Below are positions 1-6,107 of a DNA stretch of 7,423 nucleotides, piece by piece (the stretch's first letter is position 1; the number at the start of each line of letters is the position of its first letter). The notes under the pieces were generated by a model that was given only the letters and a program-made list of their open reading frames with translations, had not been told where the DNA came from and ran no database searches. The stretch lies in contig CAYXSZ010000033.1 of the NCBI GenBank assembly GCA_964468425.1, forward strand, positions 1-7,423, read 5' to 3'. Origin of the DNA: Candidatus Woesearchaeota archaeon. GTDB taxonomy: Archaea > Nanobdellota > Nanobdellia > Nanobdellales > Nanobdellaceae. The translations under genes were made by a program, and so were the position numbers.

Positions 1-411
1 CAATCCAGAGTAGAGTCCGTATTCGACGATTAACCCATCTTTCCCAATTTCTATTTTATCTAAATATTCTAAAGGATCCTTAACTTTGATCAATTCCGGC
101 TCAGTTAAGACATTAACCTCTATAGTTATTTCCTTTAATTCATCTTTTCTCAAAGGAGGAAATCTCGGATCTTCAGTAGCCGCAGCGATCGCAGATCGCG
201 GAAGACCCTCGTATAATGGATAAATCGGACGCGGTATGCCTATACACCCCCTCAACTCTCCGTTTTTTCTAAGGGTTACGAAGACTCCTCTCCTTTCTTT
301 ATACTTTTCAAGAACATTTGGAATAACAAGTTTACCCGCTTCTAGATAGGTTCTAATGACTTCTCTCGCCGCTTTTACAAATGTTTTACCATCTTCCAAT
401 GAGTAATTCAT
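1..411 (-). CDS. AMMECR1-domain protein (N-terminal 137 codons; 3' end runs off the window)
   Basis: This gene is absent from the supplied ORF track because it has no stop codon in the window. My translation from the ATG (complement of 409-411) is MNYSLEDGKTFVKAAREVIRTYLEAGKLVIPNVLEKYKERRGVFVTLRKNGELRGCIGIPRPIYPLYEGLPRSAIAAATEDPRFPPLRKDELKEITIEVNVLTEPELIKVKDPLEYLDKIEIGKDGLIVEYGLYSGL. It carries the AMMECR1 hallmarks GVFVTL..G.LRGCIG and AA.EDPRFPP. The frame stays open for 137 codons to the window edge. Confidence 0.85.
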   Translation of the reverse strand, partial: MNYSLEDGKTFVKAAREVIRTYLEAGKLVIPNVLEKYKERRGVFVTLRKNGELRGCIGIPRPIYPLYEGLPRSAIAAATEDPRFPPLRKDELKEITIEVNVLTEPELIKVKDPLEYLDKIEIGKDGLIVEYGLYSGL

Positions 412-447
412 TATATTCTTTTAAATCCGAAGATATAAATATTATAT
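412..447. promoter_or_regulatory. Divergent promoter region with two opposed TATA-like boxes (AMMECR1 and hsp20), both leaderless
   Basis: TTTTAAAT (419-426, + strand) spans -29 to -22 relative to the A of the hsp20 ATG at 448. ATTTATAT (complement of 433-440) spans -29 to -22 relative to the A of the AMMECR1 ATG at 411. There is no Shine-Dalgarno sequence and no room for a 5' UTR. Confidence 0.5.
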
Positions 448-918
448 ATGGTGATCAGAAGAAGAAAACCGGGAATCTTCGAGATGGACACTATATTCGA
501 TAGAATCGAGGAGCAATTCAGGAGAAGTATGGAAAAGTTAAGAGATCTAATCGAGATGTACATACCTAGTGAGGAGATCGTCGAAGGAGAGTTTAGAACG
601 CCTTTGGCAGACATAATCGACGAAGGAGATAAGTATGTGATTGAAGTGGAGCTCCCTGGTATGAGCAAGGAGGATATAGAAATTTACACCTATGACCACA
701 CGCTCGAGATCGTTGCCAGAAGAAAAGCCGAAAGGAAAATAGAAAAGGAAGGTGTTTTAAGGTTGGAGAGAGCTTATGCTGGATTCAGAAGAGTATTCTC
801 CCTACCGCTCGATGCAGATCCTGAGAACATCAAAGCTAAGTACGAAAATGGTCTACTAAGAATCGAAGTTGGAAAGAAGGGAGAGGAGAAGGGAAGGCGG
901 CGAGTAAGCATCGAGTAA
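448..918 (+). CDS. hsp20: Small heat shock protein, Hsp20/alpha-crystallin family
   Basis: The 156-aa ORF contains an alpha-crystallin domain: PLADIIDEGDKYVIEVELPGMSKEDIEIYTYDHTLEIVARRK...AYAGFRRVFSLPLDADPENIKAKYENGLLRIEV. The stop codon is TAA. An alternative in-frame ATG lies at 484. Confidence 0.9.
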   Translation: MVIRRRKPGIFEMDTIFDRIEEQFRRSMEKLRDLIEMYIPSEEIVEGEFRTPLADIIDEGDKYVIEVELPGMSKEDIEIYTYDHTLEIVARRKAERKIEKEGVLRLERAYAGFRRVFSLPLDADPENIKAKYENGLLRIEVGKKGEEKGRRRVSIE

Positions 919-919
919 C

Positions 920-930
920 TTTTTATTTTT
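920..930 (+). terminator. Oligo-T terminator for hsp20 (TTTTTATTTTT)
   Basis: Two T5 runs start 2 nt after the hsp20 TAA, which matches the archaeal intrinsic termination signal type. The element overlaps the last codons of the convergent xerA gene. Confidence 0.45.
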
Positions 931-1771
931 CAAACACTTGCCTGTAGATTTCTTTTAGCCTCGCCGGAACAACGTGTGTATAAACTTGAGTAACTGAGAG
1001 AGAGGAGTGTCCTAATAGCTCTTGAATATATCTTATATCTACTCCTCTTGAAAGAAGAGTCGTAGCCAACGAGTGTCTAAGGACGTGAGGGGTCACTCTC
1101 TTCTTTATTCCGCTCTTCTCCGCCACTTTTTTTACGATTCTCTCAACCTGCCGGGTCGAAAGTGGGAAAAGCCTTTCTCCTTTAACTTTATTTGAGTATT
1201 TCCTCAGACTTTCTAGCAAGAACCTTGGGAGAGGCACGAACCTTTCTTTTCCCCCCTTTCCGTAAACTCTTATCAATCCCTCCTCCCATAAGATATCTTC
1301 CTTTTTAATTCCAACGAGCTCTGAAACGCGAACTCCAGTGTAAAAGAGAAACTCTATAATCAATTTATCTCTCTCATTTCCCGCATGATCTACGAGATTC
1401 TGGAACTCTTCGAACGTTATGAATTTTGGAAGTCTTTTATCTACCTTTGGAGCTTTTATTTCTTTGGAGAGATCTTCAAGCCCTAAAAACTTTAGAAATG
1501 AAGAAACGGCTCGAACGTAGAGCCTCAACGAGTTTGGATCTAAGTTTCTTTCAGATTTCGCATTTGCGAGAAAACGAAATATTAAATTTTTGTTTAAGCT
1601 AGTTTGAAGGGTAAATGGATCTGTATCTACCTTATTTTTGGAAAGAAACTCGAGAAATCTCCTAACAATTCCGCAATATGTTTTTAGAGTGTTCTTTGAC
1701 TTCCCCTGAATTTCAAGCCAGACCTTGTACTCGTTCAGAATTTCCATTAAAAATACAAAGTTATCCGACAA
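923..1771 (-). CDS. xerA: Tyrosine recombinase, archaeal XerA type
   Basis: The catalytic R-H-R-Y signature is present: YTGVRVSEL, HVLRHSLATTLL and LLGHSSLSVTQVYTHV. The N-terminal core-binding domain shows the pattern TLKTYCGIVRRFLEFL. The track start at 1771 is a TTG codon. The first ATG is at 1747 (MEILNEYKVW...) and may be the true start. Only 3 nt separate this gene from the upstream ureohydrolase stop, so the two are probably co-transcribed. Confidence 0.88.
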   Translation of the reverse strand: MSDNFVFLMEILNEYKVWLEIQGKSKNTLKTYCGIVRRFLEFLSKNKVDTDPFTLQTSLNKNLIFRFLANAKSERNLDPNSLRLYVRAVSSFLKFLGLEDLSKEIKAPKVDKRLPKFITFEEFQNLVDHAGNERDKLIIEFLFYTGVRVSELVGIKKEDILWEEGLIRVYGKGGKERFVPLPRFLLESLRKYSNKVKGERLFPLSTRQVERIVKKVAEKSGIKKRVTPHVLRHSLATTLLSRGVDIRYIQELLGHSSLSVTQVYTHVVPARLKEIYRQVFEK

Positions 1772-1774
1772 TAT

Positions 1775-2605
1775 TTAGTTTTGCTTATCAAAGATCGCTA
1801 TCGTTTCAACTATCAGTTTTGCAGCGAGGTTCTCGCAAAACTCGTTAGGATAAAGCTCGACCAAGTCGAACCCAATCAGGTCTATATTTAGGTTTTTAAT
1901 TAGCTTAAAGTAGTGGTAAGGTCTGATCCCAAAGGGCTCGAGCCAATGCCCGCATCCGCAATCAAACACATCAATATCTATAGATATATATACTTTTTTA
2001 CCTTCCAAAGCATTGCAGATCTCATTAGAAACTTTCTCAGGATCCTCCCAAATCTCAAAGGGAGTGTAATACCTTATGCCGTATTCTTTTAGAATCCTTT
2101 TTTCATCAAAAGAAAGGTTAGAAACTCCGACCATAATTGTTTTTTCAGGAGCTATCACTCCCTCTTTAATTAAATAGAGTACAAAGCTCTGATAATTCAC
2201 ATATGGATCTGGGTGGCAATCTGGATGGGCATCGAAGAACAACAAGTTAAATTCATCGTGAAATTCCTTAATGACTTTAAGTATGGAATATGTTATTGAA
2301 TGGTCTCCTCCAAGAAACACGAACTTCTTCTTAGGATCGTAAATTTTCTTGATCTCAGCTTCAATGACGTTATAACTTTCTTCCAAGCTCTTGACGTCTT
2401 CTAGTTCTAGATCTCCGAAATCGTAAATCAGCTCGGGATCTATATCTCTAAAGATCGTGTCGAAAATTCTATAAGAAGCTTCTCTAATCGCTTCAGGACC
2501 TTCAGAATAGTTTTTTACTTTAGAGAGACTTCCCAGCTCTTGGGGGATTCCAAAAATTATCCAACGAGCCCTTTTTCGATCTTTTGCTTGAGCGTGCGCA
2601 AACAT
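1775..2605 (-). CDS. speB: Arginase/agmatinase-family ureohydrolase (agmatinase-like)
   Basis: The Mn-ligand motifs of the ureohydrolase family are present: LGGDHSITYS, FDAHPDCHPD, SIDIDVFD and FDLVELYP. I prefer the ATG at 2605 (MFAHAQAKDRKRARWIIFGIP...), which gives a typical N-terminus and avoids a 5'-5' overlap with the divergent UDG gene. The track's longer start is an ATG at 2662. Substrate specificity is uncertain, so the symbol is tentative. Confidence 0.8.
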   Translation of the reverse strand: MFAHAQAKDRKRARWIIFGIPQELGSLSKVKNYSEGPEAIREASYRIFDTIFRDIDPELIYDFGDLELEDVKSLEESYNVIEAEIKKIYDPKKKFVFLGGDHSITYSILKVIKEFHDEFNLLFFDAHPDCHPDPYVNYQSFVLYLIKEGVIAPEKTIMVGVSNLSFDEKRILKEYGIRYYTPFEIWEDPEKVSNEICNALEGKKVYISIDIDVFDCGCGHWLEPFGIRPYHYFKLIKNLNIDLIGFDLVELYPNEFCENLAAKLIVETIAIFDKQN

Positions 2606-2638
2606 TTTCTTTTTTATTTTTAAAAAGGTAAAAAGATT
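2606..2638. promoter_or_regulatory. Divergent promoter region (ureohydrolase-xerA unit and udg)
   Basis: The 33-bp A/T-rich spacer reads tttcttttttatttttaaaaaggtaaaaagattat. TTTTTTAT (2610-2617) starts 29 nt upstream of the udg ATG. A weaker TTTTTACC (complement of 2627-2634) has the same spacing to the ATG at 2605. Confidence 0.4.
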
Positions 2639-3259
2639 ATGGAAGACATTCAGGAGCTTCATAAGAAAATTCTTAGCTGTAGATCTTGCGACTTACACAA
2701 AACTCGGACAAAATGCGTCCCCGGAGAGGGAGATCACTCTCAAGGAATAATGTTCATTGGAGAAGCTCCCGGAAAGGAGGAAGACAAGCAAGGAAAACCA
2801 TTTGTAGGCGCCGCTGGTAAGTATTTAACCGAAGTTCTCGCAAGGAATGGGATAAAACGCGAAAGTGTATACATAACCAACGTTTTGAAGTGTAGACCTC
2901 CAAACAACAGAGATCCGAAGCCAGAGGAAATTCGAGCCTGCTCAAGATGGCTCAAACTACAATTAGATTTAATAAAACCACGTATTATTGTCACGCTTGG
3001 AAGGTTTTCAACTCAATGGATCTTCGACTATTTTAATTTAAAGTATTCCTCAATTATGAAGGTTCGAGGAAAAGTCTATGAAGCTGAAAAGTGGAACAAA
3101 GTTGTTTATATAATCCCAACGCTTCATCCAGCTGCAGTCTTGTACCATCCAAAATGGAAGCCTCTTTTTGAACAAGATATAGCTTTAATCAGAACAATTC
3201 TCCAAGAAAAACCCAAGAAAAAGAATATTTTAGATTACCTCGCCAATAGCTTCAAGTAA
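2639..3259 (+). CDS. udg: Uracil-DNA glycosylase, family 4 (4Fe-4S, thermophile type)
   Basis: The family motifs are present: [28 protein letters not shown] (motif A) and TLHPAAVLY (motif B). Four cluster cysteines occur as CRSC ... [18 protein letters not shown]. The stop codon is TAA. Confidence 0.92.
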   Translation: MEDIQELHKKILSCRSCDLHKTRTKCVPGEGDHSQGIMFIGEAPGKEEDKQGKPFVGAAGKYLTEVLARNGIKRESVYITNVLKCRPPNNRDPKPEEIRACSRWLKLQLDLIKPRIIVTLGRFSTQWIFDYFNLKYSSIMKVRGKVYEAEKWNKVVYIIPTLHPAAVLYHPKWKPLFEQDIALIRTILQEKPKKKNILDYLANSFK

Positions 3260-4298
3260 CTTTATCGCACAAGTTTTCTGGTAAGTATGTATCCAGATCA
3301 AGGTAATATGTGAGCTTGTTCAACCTTAACATTTTAATTAATTTAAAAATTTCTCTTTTTTTAAGAAGAAGTCTGACAAGATTCGAAAAGAGATTTCCCT
3401 TCCAAAATATTTTTTTAGCTAACACCTCATACGCTTTTAGTGGAGTTTTTTCATCTAAGTGCTCTTTAATGATTTGAGAAGCTATTTTTGCTTGAATTAC
3501 TCCAAAAACTATTCCTCCGAGGCTAAATTGCTTCAGGTATCCCGAAGACTCTCCCACGCAGAGTAAATTTTCTTTAACAATTTCTTTCTCTGGTTTATTT
3601 TTTATAACATCTGCGTAAAAATGCTCGAAGTTCCAAATACCTTTAGATTTTGCAAATCTTTCGAACTTAGAATATTTAAGGCTGTCATCGATAAGTCCTA
3701 CTTTTATTCTGGAATTGTATTTGAGAATCCAACCAAAATAAGAATTTGAAGTCGTCTTATCGATGTAAATATTAATTTCATTTGATTTTCCTTCAAATTC
3801 TTTTTCTCCTTCCATCCCAATAACAAAACTCGAATTCGGTAGGTTGTAAAATCTTCGAACAACGCTAAAAGGACCGCTAGCATCCACAATAACCTTATAT
3901 TTTATTTTTTCCTTGTTGGTAATTGCTAAGTTTTTGGTGGGTGTTACTTTTAGCAAGCTTCGCTTGAGAAAAACTTTTGATGATTTCAATTTTTGAAAAA
4001 TGAGTTTGTCAAAGAGTTCCCTATCAACTAAAAGCATTTTTCTTTTTATAGTTAACAACTCGATGCTATCTGTTAAGTTATGTAATGTAGCCCTTCTAAA
4101 TGTAGTTATGACGCTTTTTTTCTCGAATGGAAGTAAACTAAGGATCGCGTCGCTAACGAGTCCCGTATCTTTTACAGGAGTTCCAACCTATCCATTTCAA
4201 TCGATGACGATGATATTATCGACGCCTCTCTTCTCCAAAAAGTAGGCTAACGACAATCCAGCCACTCCAGCTCCAACTATCAAAACATCAGCGTCCAA
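3252..4298 (-). pseudogene. FAD-dependent geranylgeranyl-reductase-family oxidoreductase interrupted by two in-frame stop codons (probable pseudogene; largest ORF fragment 3252..4058/4187)
   Basis: One reading frame runs from TTG (4298-4296) to TGA (3254-3252). My translation of 4298..4059 is (M/L)DADVLIVGAGVAGLSLAYFLEKRGVDNIIVID*NG*VGTPVKDTGLVSDAILSLLPFEKKSVITTFRRATLHNLTDSIELL, which continues into the track ORF (TIKRKMLLVDRELFDKL...). It has a GxGxxG Rossmann motif with an acidic end to beta-2, then VDASGPFS and CVGESSGYLKQFSLGGIVFG, all typical of the GGR/FixC-like family. The in-frame stops are TGA at 4199-4197 and TAG at 4190-4188. There is no frameshift. Confidence 0.8.
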
Positions 4299-4968
4299 AG
4301 TTTCTTTTGATGGAATAGAACCACTTCACAGCATTTTCAAAGTCATCTTTTGTAACTTCGGGCCATAGTTTATCAAGAACGTATATCTCTGCGTAAGCGG
4401 ATTGATAAATTAACAAATTGGATAACCTACGAAAACCTCCAGTTCTTATTATTAAATCCACGTCTTCCTTAACCCACAAAAATTTCCTAAGATTTTTTAT
4501 TGGAATTTTATGTTTAATCGCCTTGTTTACTGCGTTGAGCAACTCAACTCTCCCACCATAAACGATTAAGAGGTTGAGAACCTTATTCTTGTAGTTTTTA
4601 GTCATACTCATGACCTTTCTCATTTTTTCTACGATCTTCTTTGGAAGCTTTGAGATCAAGCCTATAAACCTTATTTTCACTTGATTTTCGTGAATTTTTT
4701 GAGCGTGCTCGCTCCTATTTCCGAGAATATCGTCTAAAAACTCATTTAGATACTTAAGAAGAATTCTTATTTCGGTGCTCGGGCGATTCTTGAAGTTTTC
4801 ATAGGAAAGGACGTAAATGCTTAGAATTTTAATGTCTGTGTTGATCCACCAATCCAAAAGATCTCTTACGCGATTTACACCTTCTTTGTATCCAGTAGAA
4901 TAATTAACTCCTTGTTTTTTAGCCCACCTACGGTTTCCGTCTGGGATCACTGCCAGATGTCTTAGCAT
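4288..4968 (-). CDS. uppS: Cis-prenyltransferase (undecaprenyl/di-trans,poly-cis-polyprenyl diphosphate synthase)
   Basis: The family motifs are HLAVIPDGNRRWAKKQG, LSIYVLSYENFKNRPSTE, DLIIRTGGFRRLSNLLIYQSAYAEIYVLDKLWPE and a C-terminal RNFGR. The stop codon TGA lies at 4290-4288, inside the first codons of the downstream GGR-like frame. Confidence 0.92.
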   Translation of the reverse strand: MLRHLAVIPDGNRRWAKKQGVNYSTGYKEGVNRVRDLLDWWINTDIKILSIYVLSYENFKNRPSTEIRILLKYLNEFLDDILGNRSEHAQKIHENQVKIRFIGLISKLPKKIVEKMRKVMSMTKNYKNKVLNLLIVYGGRVELLNAVNKAIKHKIPIKNLRKFLWVKEDVDLIIRTGGFRRLSNLLIYQSAYAEIYVLDKLWPEVTKDDFENAVKWFYSIKRNFGR

Positions 4969-5001
4969 ACAAACTTAATCCTTTTACCAGTTTATAAATA
5001 A
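4969..5001. promoter_or_regulatory. Divergent promoter region (uppS unit and truA operon) with palindromic TATA box TTTATAAA
   Basis: TTTATAAA (4991-4998) spans -30 to -23 relative to the uppS ATG (A at 4968). For truA, only a weak A/T box ACTTAATC (about 4973-4980) sits at the equivalent spacing to the ATG at 5002. Confidence 0.4.
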
Positions 5002-5781
5002 ATGCCTCACTATCTCCTGAAAATAGCTTATGATGGTAAAGGATTTCACGGAGTGGTACCTCAAAAAGGTGTTAAAACAATTATCGGAACAATTCTAGAA
5101 AAATTAAACCTAGATCCTCGAGAAACGAAATATAATGTGGTTTCTAGGACGGATAAAGGAGTTAGCGCTGAGGAGAATTACTTGGTAATCTCTACTTTGA
5201 AAAGTGTTGATTGGGAAACGTTTGACGATCCAAATATCAAAATTTTGAAGGTTTTTGAGCTGAAAGAACCAATCATCCTTCGAAAGATCGCGCAGGGCAA
5301 GGTTTATTGGTATCACCTTCCAAAGTCTCTTTTTGATGAGAAATTTATTTATAAACCCAAATACATCATTATTGACGATTATAAGGTTCAAATAAACTAT
5401 GTTGATGGGGATTTCAGCATAGAACTTTATGAAAGAGGAGCAAAGAAGTTCATAGGCACGCATAGGTTCTTTAACTTTGCGAAAGGATCCGTCGAAAATG
5501 ACGTTTGTACCATAAGAGAGTTCAGAATCTGGGAGGAAAACGAATTTTGGATTAACGAGATAGTGGGAAATCGCTTCCTTTATGAAATGATCCGAAGGAT
5601 CGTTTCATTTCTCGTAGCTGTTGGAAAAGGGAGATATCCATTAGATAAAATAGATCTAGTGCTTTCAGGGGCTAAACTCGAACCAAAACCCCCCGCAGCT
5701 CCTCCAGAGTTCTTAGTACTCAAAAAAGTTTTTCTAGATTGGAGTAAGATTTACAAGATTTTAAAGGATATTATTATATGA
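5002..5781 (+). CDS. truA: tRNA pseudouridine synthase A (TruA family)
   Basis: The N-terminal KIAYDGKGFHG and the catalytic-Asp motif SRTDKGVSA are present. Further family motifs are GTHRFFNFAK, GNRFLYEMIRRIVSFLVAVGKG and a C-terminal APPEFLVLKKV. Its stop overlaps the next gene's start as ATGA (5778-5781). Confidence 0.88.
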   Translation: MPHYLLKIAYDGKGFHGVVPQKGVKTIIGTILEKLNLDPRETKYNVVSRTDKGVSAEENYLVISTLKSVDWETFDDPNIKILKVFELKEPIILRKIAQGKVYWYHLPKSLFDEKFIYKPKYIIIDDYKVQINYVDGDFSIELYERGAKKFIGTHRFFNFAKGSVENDVCTIREFRIWEENEFWINEIVGNRFLYEMIRRIVSFLVAVGKGRYPLDKIDLVLSGAKLEPKPPAAPPEFLVLKKVFLDWSKIYKILKDIII

Positions 5782-6107
5782 TTCTCGTGCTTGCACGAGT
5801 TCCTGCTGACTTAAGCGAGACCGTCTCTAAGGAAATCGTAAAAAGAAAGCTCGCTCTTTCTGTTAGCGTTGTTTCTTCGCTAACTTTCGAACAAAATGGT
5901 AAAGTTCATAACGATTGTATCTTAATGATAAAAACTAGAAAGGAGCTTTTTGAAAGGGTATCTAAAGTTATAAAAGAGTATGTTAACAACGTATCCGAAG
6001 TCCTTGCTCTAAAAGTCGTGGAAGCTGATATAGATTATCTACATCTCTTAGAATCGGCAACTTCGCTTAAAAAGATTCGTCAAGCTGAAAATGAAAGAAG
6101 AGCTTAG
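5778..6107 (+). CDS. cutA: Divergent CutA1-like small protein (function unknown)
   Basis: The 109-aa protein aligns by eye along its whole length with archaeal CutA1, which I recall as MIIVYTTFPD...LIACANL...YWWEGKI...ILKTREDLWEELKERIKELHPYDVP...DYLKWL. The query reads MILVLARVPAD...LALSVSV...FEQNGKV...LMIKTRKELFERVSKVIKEYVNNVSE...DYLHLL. I have no profile-search confirmation. The gene overlaps both neighbours, consistent with a truA-cutA-map operon. Confidence 0.55.
   Translation: MILVLARVPADLSETVSKEIVKRKLALSVSVVSSLTFEQNGKVHNDCILMIKTRKELFERVSKVIKEYVNNVSEVLALKVVEADIDYLHLLESATSLKKIRQAENERRA

Noticed and set aside
186-193. GC-rich palindrome GCGATCGC in an AT-rich background
   Set aside because: It lies within conserved AMMECR1 codons (RSAIAAAT), so its composition is explained by protein constraint.
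420-439. Heat-shock regulator (Phr-type) operator TTTA...TAAA at the hsp20 promoter
   Set aside because: The TTTA-N12-TAAA spacing does not match my recollection of the longer Phr palindrome. The apparent inverted repeat is explained by the two opposed TATA boxes.
411-668. 85-aa minus-strand ORF from the track
   Set aside because: It lies antisense to the well-supported hsp20 gene. Its composition is low-complexity S/I/L-rich and I recognise no motif. The true minus-strand gene here is AMMECR1 (1-411), which is in a different frame and position.
871-897. 27-nt pure purine tract (possible H-DNA or regulatory element)
   Set aside because: It simply encodes the Gly/Lys/Glu-rich C-terminal tail of Hsp20 (GKKGEEKGR). 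There is no mirror repeat or independent signal.
923-1771. Tyrosine recombinase as the integrase of an integrated virus, plasmid or other mobile element
   Set aside because: Its size (about 280 aa) and its XerA-like core-binding and catalytic domains point to the chromosomal recombinase. It is tightly packed among housekeeping genes (3 nt from the ureohydrolase, 4 nt from hsp20). I saw no flanking direct repeats, tRNA target or viral/plasmid genes. The chromosomal dimer-resolution XerA is the simpler reading.
2606-2662. Longer ureohydrolase start (ATG at 2662), giving a 24-bp 5'-5' overlap with udg
   Set aside because: The extra 19 residues ([19 protein letters not shown]) are absent from typical family N-termini and would put the promoter inside udg. 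The ATG at 2605 has a TATA-like box at the standard spacing. The longer start is not fully excluded.
2740-2994. 84-aa and 63-aa minus-strand ORFs (2740-2994, 2754-2945)
   Set aside because: Both are antisense to the strongly supported family-4 UDG gene and have no recognisable domains.
4188-4199. In-frame TGA/TAG as selenocysteine/pyrrolysine or as genome-wide stop-codon reassignment
   Set aside because: TGA terminates uppS, truA and this same gene, and TAG terminates the cutA-like gene and map, all at homology-consistent C-termini. The aligned positions in GGR homologues are ordinary Lys/Arg/Glu-type loop residues, not catalytic Cys or Lys. Local readthrough cannot be excluded from sequence alone and is kept as an open alternative in the finding.
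4188-4199. Intron (bulge-helix-bulge), insertion or programmed frameshift in the GGR-like gene
   Set aside because: Both flanks are in the same frame. The interrupted segment is colinear with the family pattern and has no extra residues, so nothing needs to be spliced out or shifted.
4000-4245. 81-aa plus-strand ORF, and the 61-aa minus-strand ORF at 3704-3889
   Set aside because: They are antisense or out of frame within the GGR-like gene, whose own frame carries clear family motifs. Their sequences are low-complexity.
5110-5463. 117-aa minus-strand ORF
   Set aside because: It is antisense to truA. Its AT-rich codon composition gives I/N/K/F/L-rich sequence with no motif.
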